A stretch of DNA of 64,000 nt from an uncultured Bacilli bacterium (GCA_934096715.1 CAKOMQ010000004.1:2051-66050), one strand, 5' to 3'; positions 36,135 to 49,262 are shown, numbered from the stretch's first letter. The notes: generated from the sequence alone by a model not told the origin. A program made the numbers and translations.

Positions 36135-39100
36135 TTAGTTGTCTAAAAGTTTTTTAAAATAATTATACCTTTTAATCGCAGCATCTTTTTGTCTTGTTAA
36201 AAGTTCCTTAGCTAAAGTTTCATCCTTAATCTTCAAAGCATTAAATCTAACTTCATTATCTAAGTATTCTTGATACTTATCAAAATCAGGCTCTTTACTA
36301 TCCATATATAGCTTATCTTCTATAGGATTATATCTCATTAGAAGTGTATAACCTACTTCGACAGCTTTCTTTCCTTCATTAATACTGTTAGTCATACCAC
36401 CTTTAATGCCATGTTCAACACAAGGAGAATACGCAATAACAATACTTGGGCCATTATGTTCTTCGGCTTCTTTTAAAGCTTTAATAGTTTGCATAAAATT
36501 AGCACCATAAGATACACTTGCAACATAACAATTAGGATAATTCATTGCTATCTTAAATAAATCTTTTTTAGTAGTTTTCTTTCCTAAGTCAGCAAACTCA
36601 GCAACCTGACCAATTCTTGAAGACTTACTAGCTTGACCACCAGTATTTGAATATACTTCACTATCTAGAACAAGAATATTAATATTCTCTCCACTAGATA
36701 AGACATGATCTATACCACCAAATCCAATATCATAAGCCCATCCATCTCCACCGATAGCCCAAACACTACGAGCTGGTATATATGTAAGTATGTCTTTTAA
36801 ATCTTTAGGTATATCTTTATTATTTAATTTATTCATAACTTCAATTGTTTTATCAAAATCATCAGCATTATTTAAATACTCTTGATATAACTTTTTAGTA
36901 TCACTATCTACACTATCTATAGATTCATTTATAATATTCATTATTCTTTCTCTTTTTAATTTATAAGAATTATAAATACCATAAGCAAATTCAGCATTAT
37001 CTTCAAATAATGAGTTTGCCCAAGGAATACTGTAAGGAGTAGATGGCGCACTACCACCATAGATACTTGAACATCCAGTAGCATTTGCAATAACTAACTT
37101 ATCACCAAATAATTGCGTAAGTAACTTAATATAATTAGTCTCTCCACAACCAGCACAAGCTCCACTAAACTCAAACTTACTATGATTAAATTGACTACCC
37201 TTAACTGTAAATTTATTTAAGTTACAGTTATTTTCATGTGTATCAAAATATTTGTTAACAATATTTAAGTTTTCAACATTCCCTTTTGAGAATTCTAAAG
37301 CATTAGTAGGACAAGTATTAATACATAATCCACAACTAGTACAATCTTTCTCGCTGATTGCTAGATAGAATTTCTTTTCTTTATCAGTAATACTATCTTT
37401 ACCAGATTCATCAATTAATAAAGGCCTTATAACAGCGTGAGGACAGACAAAACTACATTGATTACATTCAATACATTTACTTTTGTTCCATACAGGTACT
37501 AAGTCATTAACACCACGCTTTTCTGTCTTTGATAATCCACCTGGGAACCTTCCACTTGAATATTCTTTTAATTCACTTACAGTTAAATTATTACCCATTC
37601 TTTTATTAATCTTATCTATAACATTTAGATCTTTCTCTTCTATATTTCTGTTAGTAACTTCTAACTTTTCAACAACTTTTAACTCATCTAAAGACTTCTC
37701 TAAAGCAAGAATATTACTATTAATAATATCTTCTCCCTTAGTTATAAATATCTTTCTAATACCACTTTCTAATATATCTTTAGAGTTATCTAAACCAAAT
37801 AATTTAAGAATAATCATTTCTATTATCTTATTAATCTTACCCTTAATATTACATTCATAAGCAATCTTAGTAGCATTTATATAAAATACTTTAATATTTC
37901 TATTCTTTATTATTTCTTTATCATGATTACTTATTAATTCATTAATTTCTTGTTCATTCTTAATAGTGTTAATTAATAAAATACCATTATCTTTTATATT
38001 ATCTAGCATATTAAACTTAGTAAAATATTCATCTTTAGTTACCACTACTAACTTAGGATTAGTTACATAGTATGGAGCATTAATTATGTTATTGCTTATA
38101 CGTAAGTTAGATACAGTTACTCCCCCACTTTTTTTAGAGTCATATTCAAAATATCCTTGAACATATTTATCTTTACCAAATATTTTTAAGATATCTTTGC
38201 TAGCTGATACCATTCCATCACTACCAAAGCCATATATTTTTATTTCATCTGCTCCTAGATCTACATCAACTTGAATATCATCTAAACTAAGACAAGTTAC
38301 ATCATCTTTAATACCAATAGTAAAATTATTCTTTAACTTAGTTTCTAACATATTATATACAGCATTAATTTGACTAGGTGTTGTATCTTTACTAGATAAA
38401 CCATATCTACCCCCAACAACATTTATACCTTGATTATTTAAAATACTTAAAACATCTAAATATAAAGGTTCTCCACTACTACCTGGTTCTTTGGTTCTAT
38501 CTAGTACAGCAATATTCTTAACAGATTTAGGTAAAACATCCATAAAATATTTTTTACTAAAAGGTCTATACAAATGAACGTTTATAACTCCCACTTTCTT
38601 ACCTATCTTATTAAGTTTATCTACAACAAGTTTTATTGTGTCAACAACACTTCCCATTGCAACTATTACATTTTCTGCATCGACCCTACCATAGTAATTA
38701 AATGGTTTATAGTCTTTATTAGTAAATTCATTTATTTTTTTCATATAGTCATTAACTATATCAGGCATTTTATCGTATAAAGTATTACGAGCTTCTACAC
38801 TTTGAAAATAGATGTCTTCATTTTCAGCCATACCGTACTGTACTTTGTTTTCTCCATTTAATACTCTACTTTTGTATTCATTAATCTTATTAAAGTTAAT
38901 TAGTTTTAGAAATTCTGTATCTGGATATTCATTAATAGTGTTTATTTCATGGCTAGTTCTAAATCCATCAAAGAAATGTACAAAAGGAAGAGAACCTTCT
39001 ATACTTGAAAGATGCGCAACAGCTGATAAAAGAGATGCATCTTCTACATTTGTAGAACTAAGCATACAAAAGCCTGTATTTCTAGTAGCATATACATCTT

Positions 39101-39473
39101 GATGATCTCCAAATATAGATAATGCATGAGTAGCAAGAGTTCTACTAGCAACATGAATAACACCTGGTAAACATTCTCCAGCAATCTTATACATATTGGG
39201 AATCATTAATAATAATCCTTGACTAGCTGTAAAGGTACTAGCAAGACTACCAGAAAGAAGGGCTCCATGAAAAGTACCAGCTGCTCCTGCTTCTGATTGC
39301 ATTTCAATTACTTTAGGAATATCATTATATAAGTTTTTAAGTCCTGTACTTCTTAAATTATCTATATTAGATGCCATAGGACTACTTGGAGTTATTGGAT
39401 ATATACTACATAACTCACTAAAAAGATAAGCAGTTCTACTACAAGCATTATTTCCATCTACAATTTTTTTCAT
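36135..39473 (-). CDS. nifJ: Pyruvate:ferredoxin (flavodoxin) oxidoreductase
   Basis: 1112 aa. N-terminus DGNNA...IYPITPSSPM, two 4Fe-4S motifs (CIECNQCSFVCP, CTSCGLCINTCP) and TPP motif GGDGWAYDIGFGG. Confidence 0.9.
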   Translation of the reverse strand: MKKIVDGNNACSRTAYLFSELCSIYPITPSSPMASNIDNLRSTGLKNLYNDIPKVIEMQSEAGAAGTFHGALLSGSLASTFTASQGLLLMIPNMYKIAGECLPGVIHVASRTLATHALSIFGDHQDVYATRNTGFCMLSSTNVEDASLLSAVAHLSSIEGSLPFVHFFDGFRTSHEINTINEYPDTEFLKLINFNKINEYKSRVLNGENKVQYGMAENEDIYFQSVEARNTLYDKMPDIVNDYMKKINEFTNKDYKPFNYYGRVDAENVIVAMGSVVDTIKLVVDKLNKIGKKVGVINVHLYRPFSKKYFMDVLPKSVKNIAVLDRTKEPGSSGEPLYLDVLSILNNQGINVVGGRYGLSSKDTTPSQINAVYNMLETKLKNNFTIGIKDDVTCLSLDDIQVDVDLGADEIKIYGFGSDGMVSASKDILKIFGKDKYVQGYFEYDSKKSGGVTVSNLRISNNIINAPYYVTNPKLVVVTKDEYFTKFNMLDNIKDNGILLINTIKNEQEINELISNHDKEIIKNRNIKVFYINATKIAYECNIKGKINKIIEMIILKLFGLDNSKDILESGIRKIFITKGEDIINSNILALEKSLDELKVVEKLEVTNRNIEEKDLNVIDKINKRMGNNLTVSELKEYSSGRFPGGLSKTEKRGVNDLVPVWNKSKCIECNQCSFVCPHAVIRPLLIDESGKDSITDKEKKFYLAISEKDCTSCGLCINTCPTNALEFSKGNVENLNIVNKYFDTHENNCNLNKFTVKGSQFNHSKFEFSGACAGCGETNYIKLLTQLFGDKLVIANATGCSSIYGGSAPSTPYSIPWANSLFEDNAEFAYGIYNSYKLKRERIMNIINESIDSVDSDTKKLYQEYLNNADDFDKTIEVMNKLNNKDIPKDLKDILTYIPARSVWAIGGDGWAYDIGFGGIDHVLSSGENINILVLDSEVYSNTGGQASKSSRIGQVAEFADLGKKTTKKDLFKIAMNYPNCYVASVSYGANFMQTIKALKEAEEHNGPSIVIAYSPCVEHGIKGGMTNSINEGKKAVEVGYTLLMRYNPIEDKLYMDSKEPDFDKYQEYLDNEVRFNALKIKDETLAKELLTRQKDAAIKRYNYFKKLLDN

Positions 39474-39514
39474 ATAATCACCTATTAAATTATATCATAC
39501 AAAAGGAACTATCT

Positions 39515-40747
39515 CTAGTTCCCATTAAGTTTACTTTCTATTTTCATAAGTCTATTATATTTAGCTATTCTTTCTCCCCTACAAACAGAACCTGTCTTTA
39601 TAAAAGATAATCCAAATCCAACAGCTAAGTCAGCAATAAATGTATCTTCTGTTTCTCCACTACGATGAGAAATAATGGTTTTATAATTATTCTTTTTAGC
39701 AGTCATAATAGTTTTAACCATTTCTGATACTGTACCAATTTGATTAGCTTTCAAAAGTATTGCGTTACCTGCTCCAAACTTTATACCTTCTTCTAGCAGT
39801 TCTGAATTAGTACAGAAATAATCATCTCCAACTATCATTATCTTATTACCAACAAGTTTAGTAAGTACTGCTAAACTTTCTATATCCGACTCATGAAAAG
39901 GATCTTCTATACTAATTATAGGATAATTCTTTATTAATGATAAATAATACTTAATTAAATCATCTGCATTTAACCATTCATTATCTATATGATATACTTT
40001 CTTCTCATTATCAAAGAATTCAGTAGCGGCACAATCAAGGGCGATTAAAACTTCTTTACCAGGTGTATAATTAGCTTTATTTATAGCTTGCATTATTAAA
40101 TCTAGTGCATCAGTAGTCTTATCTAGATTAGGAGCAAATCCACCTTCATCTCCTACATTAGTACTATAACCTTTACTTTTTAAGATATCCTTTAAGGCAT
40201 GATATACTTCACTACCCACTCTTATTCTTTCACTTTCTCCCTTTACAACAGGAACAATCATAAATTCTTGAATTTTTAAATTATTATCGGCATGTACTCC
40301 ACCATTTAAAATATTCATCATTGGAATAGGTAAATTAACTTTACCATAAGTAATGTATTCATATAATTCTTTATTTTGAAGTTTTGCTAAACATTTTAAA
40401 CAACATAATGAGACAGGAAGTGTTGCATTAGCTCCCAAATTACTCTTATTTTTAGTACCATCTAATTTAATTAGAGTTTTATCTATAGTTACTTGATCTA
40501 TTTCCTTACCAATTAAAGCATTTCTTATAACTGTATTAACATTATTAACTGCTTTTAAAACTCCCTTACCATTATATCTAGACATATCTCCATCACGAAG
40601 TTCAACTGCTTCTTTACTACCTGTAGATGCTCCACTTGGTACACTAGCAACTGCACTTACATTATTTGCAAGTGTCATTTCTACTTCTACTGTAGGATTA
40701 CCCCTACTATCTAATATTTCTCTAGCCTTAATTTCCTTAATATTCAT
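39515..40747 (-). CDS. eno: Enolase
   Basis: Start moved to MNIKEIKAREILDSRGNPTVEVE (ATG at 40747, RBS gaggt). SHRSGETED motif. Confidence 0.9.
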   Translation of the reverse strand: MNIKEIKAREILDSRGNPTVEVEMTLANNVSAVASVPSGASTGSKEAVELRDGDMSRYNGKGVLKAVNNVNTVIRNALIGKEIDQVTIDKTLIKLDGTKNKSNLGANATLPVSLCCLKCLAKLQNKELYEYITYGKVNLPIPMMNILNGGVHADNNLKIQEFMIVPVVKGESERIRVGSEVYHALKDILKSKGYSTNVGDEGGFAPNLDKTTDALDLIMQAINKANYTPGKEVLIALDCAATEFFDNEKKVYHIDNEWLNADDLIKYYLSLIKNYPIISIEDPFHESDIESLAVLTKLVGNKIMIVGDDYFCTNSELLEEGIKFGAGNAILLKANQIGTVSEMVKTIMTAKKNNYKTIISHRSGETEDTFIADLAVGFGLSFIKTGSVCRGERIAKYNRLMKIESKLNGN

Positions 40748-40830
40748 ATACACTACCTCTATATATTTAGTATATCCCAAAATAAATTAAATAAGCAATA
40801 TCTAAATCAAAAAAAGAAAACTAGTTTACA

Positions 40831-43650
<2,820 letters not shown>

Positions 43651-43803
43651 GATATCACTCCCAATCAGTTTATTATACACCTGTTTAACTAAAAAGCACA
43701 ACTAATACTTTTGTTGTGCCATGTAGATATCTTTTCTACACTATTATTATGAACAGTTATTTAAATAATATACAAAGTCTGCTATAATTTAATTGGTGAT
43801 AAG

Positions 43804-44034
43804 ATGGAAGTAGAAGTTGGAAAAACTTATAAACATTTTAAAGGAGGTTTATATTTAGTATTAGGTATTGGTAAATATAGCGAAACAGAAGAAGATATGG
43901 TTATATATAAAGCTTTATATGGGGATAACTTAATATGGATTAGACCACTTAATAACTTTATAGAAGTGGTAAATAAAAACGGTCAAAAAAATCGTTTTGA
44001 AAAAATAATTATAGAAAGTAAGAAAGAATCATGA
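43804..44034 (+). CDS. DUF1653-like small protein
   Basis: 76 aa. YKHFKGGLY...VIYKALYGD...WIRPLNNF pattern. Confidence 0.5.
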   Translation: MEVEVGKTYKHFKGGLYLVLGIGKYSETEEDMVIYKALYGDNLIWIRPLNNFIEVVNKNGQKNRFEKIIIESKKES

Positions 44035-44735
44035 AGAAATTTTTAATATCATTATTAATTATATTACTAGGAATATCTGGATACTATGCATATTATAAAA
44101 TAGATAATAAGAAAGTTAATGATCAAACTCCAATTAATACTAGTAAATCAGAAAGAATAGATAATCCCCAAGAAGAAGAAAAAGAAGAAGTCATGGATAA
44201 TAATCCAATTACTTTAAGCTTATATAAAAATTATAAAGGCGAAGGAAGAAAAAAGATGACTACCTTTGAAAGTACTTGGACTTATCATAATGACATATCA
44301 TCTTTTGAAGTGTTTTTTACTAATATAGATAGTATACCTAGTGGTAATTTTAGAGATAGATTTCAAGAATATTATACTACTTACAGTAATATTGAAAACT
44401 ATCGTATAGGTTATATTTTAAAATTTAGTATAGATAACATTGAAAAAGAATATTTAATAAAGAGTCCTAAAGATACTGAAGAATATTTTAACTACTTAGA
44501 AACATATCTTTATGATGATTATCATCGTGAAAAAGGAGCTTGGTATTCTCATACTCTTGAGAGCGAAATGAATGATGAAACTATACTTACTTCAATTAAA
44601 TTAACAAGTGGCAAAGAAGTAGAAAAAATTACTTCTGATATTACTCTTACAGCATTTACTTATGATAAAAATAATAGTAACTTTGATATTAATAAGACTA
44701 ATTCTAAGTATACTATAACTGTTAAGAAAGTATAA
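44031..44735 (+). CDS. Membrane-anchored hypothetical protein
   Basis: 234 aa with an N-terminal TM anchor. ATGA overlap with the preceding gene. Confidence 0.4.
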   Translation: MKKFLISLLIILLGISGYYAYYKIDNKKVNDQTPINTSKSERIDNPQEEEKEEVMDNNPITLSLYKNYKGEGRKKMTTFESTWTYHNDISSFEVFFTNIDSIPSGNFRDRFQEYYTTYSNIENYRIGYILKFSIDNIEKEYLIKSPKDTEEYFNYLETYLYDDYHREKGAWYSHTLESEMNDETILTSIKLTSGKEVEKITSDITLTAFTYDKNNSNFDINKTNSKYTITVKKV

Positions 44736-44748
44736 ATATTAACTAAAT

Positions 44749-44788
44749 AAAACAAGTATTTTAAGTCCAATTTTAAAATACTTGTTTT
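44749..44788. terminator. Bidirectional intrinsic terminator
   Basis: aaaacaagtatttta-N10-taaaatacttgtttt with T-runs on both strands, between convergent genes. Confidence 0.65.
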
Positions 44789-44813
44789 TATATGTTTTTC
44801 TATAGTAGAATAT

Positions 44814-46385
44814 CTATTCTAAAATAAATGGATTTTCTAGAGAGCCATCTCCATCAGCAGTAATTTTAACATCATTAGTTAGATAGAAGACTGGGCGCGA
44901 ACCATACGCACCGACCACAATGTCGCTGTTGAAATAGCCACTACTATCGACAAGCCACGCATGAAAGCGACCACCACCAGCCCCATGACGAGAAAGCGCC
45001 CATTCATAAGTGCTCTTTGTAGTATCATTATTACTTTGATGCATCCAGCCTGTCTTTAATAAAGTATAATTAGTGTCAGTACCTGTTGTTAATGCTAACG
45101 CACTTGACCCCAATGACAATGCATAATCACTTGCATACATTAAGCCTATCTTTCCTGTTGGTGTTGTCCATACACCACCATTACAATTTACTGCAGTTTG
45201 TCCATAGTTCTTACATAATGTTTCTGATGATGTTTTATGCATTTCATTTAAGTATATTCCTTTTGGAGAACTTCTATAATAACTAGTATTATTTGTTTGG
45301 TCTTCATATGTTTTTGTATTTACTGCACTCCATGTCCAATTTTCTATTTTATTTGACCATGTAGTATTTTGTAAATAATCATATGTTGTATTTGTTAAGA
45401 AATAACTTCCGTTAAGTCCTTTATACATATCACTGTTTTCCCATGATATATCATTGTAAAGATCTGAGTTCCATGCAGTTGATACCAATTGTTTATATTT
45501 AATTAGTTTAACATGATTTTCTCCGCTTGCATCTGAGAATACTCCTAATACTCTATACATATATTTATCTTGATTTGCTGTACATGTAGATTTATCTGTT
45601 GTACCAAAGCATATAAAGTTATTTGGATTTGTACTAGTTCCTACTGCACCACTACCTGTATATCTATAACCATCTCCTTCTAGTCCACTTTGCCATAATT
45701 TTCCACTTGCGATTAAATGATCTGCTAGTGGTGTTGAATCAGCATGTAGTTTGCAAGAAAATGCTTTTGTATCCCCGCTTGTATATGGTTCTATATTTAT
45801 TGTGTATGAATTACCCACTAGTTTATCTTGTGTATTTGCAGTATTTGTTACACTACTTGTTAGTGGTATTGATACACTTTGTACTTTTGTTAAGTTTTTG
45901 ATTTCTCCACTTACTATAATGCCTGTAGTTCCTGCAGTTGTAAGTTCCTTAAGAGTCATAGTCTTATCTCCAACTACTACTTTAACATCATTATCTGAGT
46001 TATCAGTGATTGGAGTTGTTACTGTTGCTGTTACTTTATAATTATAAGTACAATCTACTGCTTCATCTCCTTCTGGTAATTGAGCTGTTGCTAATGTATA
46101 ATTTGGATTAGTAGTTAATGCTAGTCCACTTTCGTTTTCATTAGCATAATAAGTCTTGCCTGCATTTGCTTGACTCATTAGATTTGCATCTAAATTTAGA
46201 TATAACTTAGATGTTTTAATTTGCATTGTTGGATTTCCCAAGCTGTTTGCTTTACCTGCTACCTTTGCTCCTGTCTTATCGTTGCTCGCATTTATACTAA
46301 AGTATGCATATGTTCCACCTACTAATAGTAATAGAGCAAAAGTGAATGCAACTACTATTAGTTGCTTTTTTTCTAGTTTTTTCAT
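44814..46385 (-). CDS. Secreted surface protein, paralog C: SipW-type signal, TasA-like region and DUF1566/lectin-like module
   Basis: 523 aa. By my manual count, the first ~296 aa differ from paralog A at about 20 positions with no indels. The distal part is mosaic. The C-terminus is ...EWALSR...HAWLVDSSGYF...GSRPVFYL. Confidence 0.75.
   Translation of the reverse strand: MKKLEKKQLIVVAFTFALLLLVGGTYAYFSINASNDKTGAKVAGKANSLGNPTMQIKTSKLYLNLDANLMSQANAGKTYYANENESGLALTTNPNYTLATAQLPEGDEAVDCTYNYKVTATVTTPITDNSDNDVKVVVGDKTMTLKELTTAGTTGIIVSGEIKNLTKVQSVSIPLTSSVTNTANTQDKLVGNSYTINIEPYTSGDTKAFSCKLHADSTPLADHLIASGKLWQSGLEGDGYRYTGSGAVGTSTNPNNFICFGTTDKSTCTANQDKYMYRVLGVFSDASGENHVKLIKYKQLVSTAWNSDLYNDISWENSDMYKGLNGSYFLTNTTYDYLQNTTWSNKIENWTWSAVNTKTYEDQTNNTSYYRSSPKGIYLNEMHKTSSETLCKNYGQTAVNCNGGVWTTPTGKIGLMYASDYALSLGSSALALTTGTDTNYTLLKTGWMHQSNNDTTKSTYEWALSRHGAGGGRFHAWLVDSSGYFNSDIVVGAYGSRPVFYLTNDVKITADGDGSLENPFILE
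44889..45000 (-). other. GC-rich, adenine-poor NNY-codon patch in paralog C (DGR variable-region-like)
   Basis: Hand count gives 66 G+C in 44881-45000 (120 nt). None of the 30 codons between LSR and RPVFYL ends in A, and 13 of these 90 nt are A. Ends in the same 18-mer gcgcccagtcttctatct as paralog A. Confidence 0.4.
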
Positions 46386-46464
46386 AATACCTATCCTTTT
46401 CTATATACTAAAAAAAGACTATTGCTAGCCTTTAATCATTCTATACACTTCAGTTTGTTTCTTG

Positions 46465-46473
46465 CCCCCCCCC
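46465..46473. repeat. Homopolymeric C9 (G9 on the coding strand) tract ~80 nt upstream of paralog C
   Basis: cttg-ccccccccc-agtacgc. I saw no comparable G/C homopolymer elsewhere in the window. Confidence 0.9.
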
Positions 46474-46611
46474 AGTACGCATTCCAGTGTACCGAGAGAG
46501 AACTTTATAACTCTAAGTTATAAAAATTTCGGGCTAAAATTAATATCAACTATCTTCTTTTACTATCAAAATAATCATATCAAATTTGATATAGAATTAC
46601 AAGTAAATAAT

Positions 46612-47403
46612 CTATTTTTTTAAATTAACATCATAACTATAAGGATATATTTCAATGTTATTATTTTTAAATTCTTCTTGTAATTGTTTATAAATTTCTC
46701 TTCTTACTGAGAAATGAGAGTATGGAGCACACTCTACTTCAAATCTATAAATAAATGTGCATGAATCATTAATTGAGTCAAAGCCTTTTATTACAATATT
46801 CTTTTTTACTTCTTTCATAGTAATAATATTTTTATCTATTTTAGTAACTATCTTATTAAGTAAATTTATATCTACATCTTTACTAACAGGAAGTTTAAAT
46901 ATTAATAAGCTATTATACATACTATGATTTATTACAGTAGTTATTTGACTATTGTTAACAATCATTACTTCTCCAGTATAAGATTGAATTTTAGTGGTTT
47001 GTAATCCCAAATCAATTACTTGTCCTTCAAAACCATTAATTGTAACATAGTCATTTACCATGTAAGCATTATCAAATATTATCTTGATACCACTTAATAG
47101 ATTTTTAACTGTATCTTGCAAGGCAAGACCTAAAACTGCTCCAGCAATTCCTAGAGATGCTAAAATACTTTTAGTATTAACTTCAAATACATTAAGAATA
47201 CTTATAATAGTAATAATAACAATTATATATTTAATTATATTCTTAACTAACATAAGTACAGTCTCTTGTCTTTTCTTTAAAATTGATTTAATCGGTTTGC
47301 TATTAATATTTTTAACAACTCTTTTTATAATAAGAGAGACTATTAAATATATTGCATAAGCAACTACTATGTATATTAATGGTAAATATGCTTTCTCACT
47401 CAT
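46612..47403 (-). CDS. mscS: Small-conductance mechanosensitive channel (MscS family)
   Basis: 263 aa. TM3 and beta-domain signature LGIAGAVLGLALQDTVKNLLSGI...GEVMIVNNSQI. Confidence 0.8.
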   Translation of the reverse strand: MSEKAYLPLIYIVVAYAIYLIVSLIIKRVVKNINSKPIKSILKKRQETVLMLVKNIIKYIIVIITIISILNVFEVNTKSILASLGIAGAVLGLALQDTVKNLLSGIKIIFDNAYMVNDYVTINGFEGQVIDLGLQTTKIQSYTGEVMIVNNSQITTVINHSMYNSLLIFKLPVSKDVDINLLNKIVTKIDKNIITMKEVKKNIVIKGFDSINDSCTFIYRFEVECAPYSHFSVRREIYKQLQEEFKNNNIEIYPYSYDVNLKK

Positions 47404-48059
47404 TATTCACCTTTAGTATCTTTTTTCTTCTTAGATGTAGTTTTCTTAGTAGACTTCTTAGTATCAGTCTTTTTCTCTTCCTTAGGTTCTTCTTTTTCTT
47501 CAACTATTTCTGCTTCAATAACTTCATTAATAATAGATTCTTTAAAATTATCTCTAAACATAATAGATTCAATTATTTCAATAACTGAGTAAATCATTAT
47601 TAATAACCCTATTATATTAAAGATATCTTTATCTAATATAATTACTACTCCTAGAGTCATTACAATAATAGACATTATAAGTAAAGACCAGAATTTACCT
47701 TTAGTATAACTAGAACTTATAGCTTGAATAAATCTATTAATACCTGCAAGTAAAATAAATCCACCTAAGAAAAATCTTGATATAGTTATAAATGCATCTG
47801 ATAATACAATGATTAAGATACCTAATACAACATCTACTAGACCAAATCCAAATTCATCATATGATAAAGCCATATTATTTAATTTCTTAGAATAATAACT
47901 CCATAATTTATATACTCCAAGTGCAATAATAATTGTTCCTAGTACATAGGATATAAAATTAATTACTCCATTAAAATCAATAAATAATACTAAACCTAAT
48001 ATAAATAATAATATAGATACTAGTATTGATGATATTTCAATTTTCTTACTTGTTTTCAT
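47403..48059 (-). CDS. Multi-pass membrane protein with Lys/Glu-rich tail (DUF308-like)
   Basis: 218 aa, ~6 TM segments, C-terminal EEKEEPKEEKKTDTKKSTKK. Confidence 0.35.
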   Translation of the reverse strand: MKTSKKIEISSILVSILLFILGLVLFIDFNGVINFISYVLGTIIIALGVYKLWSYYSKKLNNMALSYDEFGFGLVDVVLGILIIVLSDAFITISRFFLGGFILLAGINRFIQAISSSYTKGKFWSLLIMSIIVMTLGVVIILDKDIFNIIGLLIMIYSVIEIIESIMFRDNFKESIINEVIEAEIVEEKEEPKEEKKTDTKKSTKKTTSKKKKDTKGE

Positions 48060-48133
48060 AATCTATCCTCCTACTAGGATTATACCACAAGATAAATTAT
48101 TTTTGCATATAAAAAGCTTCATTTCTGAAGCTT

Positions 48134-48646
48134 TTATTGATTATATACAGGTACTAAAGTTACATATGCATTTAGTGAGTCTGCTGGTAATACTATATTC
48201 GTAGATATAGCACTAGCTCTTAATGAGATAACATCTCCACTATTTAAATTAAGTATAACACTACCGTCTGTACTTCCAGCAGCTGTTAAAGATATTCTAG
48301 TAGTTGGTACTTCAACACCATTAACATATATACTTACTGCACTACCTGCTGTACTACTAGCATTTATACCATAGTTAAGTAAATATGTTCCACCATTATT
48401 TACTGTCATTCCAGTTGATGTAACAGTTGAATTTTTAAACGCTTGTGGATTACTAAAATTTATTGGAGTATTCACAGCAGTAATTGTTTGAGTTGCAGTA
48501 TTTAATAGTTCTGCAACTGCCATACTGCTAGTTGGAAGTATTCTTGTTACATCTCCTTGACAACAACAACCTACTCCACCACCATTTCTAACTATATTTT
48601 GTGCTCTACTAAGAGAGTTATTTTTGCAACAATTTGCCAATATCAT
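48134..48646 (-). CDS. Cys-rich N-terminus plus BclA-C/ExsF(BxpB)-like TNF-fold domain protein (possible spore-surface protein)
   Basis: 170 aa. N-terminal CC...GCCCQG. The C-terminal GTYLLNYGINAS...GSVILNLNSGDVISLRA...NAYVTLV parallels GIYQISYTLTIS...SGVILINLNPGDLIRIVP...AAALTVAQIS of Bacillus BxpB, as I recall it. Confidence 0.45.
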   Translation of the reverse strand: MILANCCKNNSLSRAQNIVRNGGGVGCCCQGDVTRILPTSSMAVAELLNTATQTITAVNTPINFSNPQAFKNSTVTSTGMTVNNGGTYLLNYGINASSTAGSAVSIYVNGVEVPTTRISLTAAGSTDGSVILNLNSGDVISLRASAISTNIVLPADSLNAYVTLVPVYNQ

Positions 48647-48734
48647 TCACCTCTACTATATAATATGAAATTATAATAATAGTAAATAATTTATATACCC
48701 AAAGAAAAACTTAGCATATAATATTAGCTAAGTT

Positions 48735-49262
48735 TTATTCAAATTCTACAGTATTTGCCCATTTAATAAATGTATCACTGTAATCAGATTTATCTTTCTT
48801 ATTACAAGCAAAGTTTAATAACCAGAAAGCATCATCAGTTTTATATACAACTCCCATATAATAGAAATCTTTACCAGATACTTCTTTTTCATAAGTAAAA
48901 TAAATATACTTATTACTATCACTTGTATATAATTTAGAATCTAATTTATTAGAAGTTAATACTGCTTTAGCATAATCTTCTAGTGAAGATTTACTACTTA
49001 AGTTAGTTCCATCTAATTCTTTAAATCCTTGTTTTAAAGCAGTTACTATAGCTTCTTCAGATTCATAATAGTTTGTTAAACTAGCAATATCTTTTTTATA
49101 AAAATCACTTGGTATAGTAATTTTCATACCGTTATCACTATAAACTTTGTCTTTCTTTTCACTAGCTTTTGGTGTATCACTAGTATCATCACTAAATAAT
49201 GAACAACCTTGAATACCAAATAGTAACATCATACAAGCAAATAAACTTAAAAATTTCTTCAT
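48735..49262 (-). CDS. Lipoprotein
   Basis: Start moved to MKKFLSLFACMMLLFGIQGC (lipobox IQGC), with a strong RBS aggagg upstream of the ATG at 49262. Confidence 0.6.
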   Translation of the reverse strand: MKKFLSLFACMMLLFGIQGCSLFSDDTSDTPKASEKKDKVYSDNGMKITIPSDFYKKDIASLTNYYESEEAIVTALKQGFKELDGTNLSSKSSLEDYAKAVLTSNKLDSKLYTSDSNKYIYFTYEKEVSGKDFYYMGVVYKTDDAFWLLNFACNKKDKSDYSDTFIKWANTVEFE

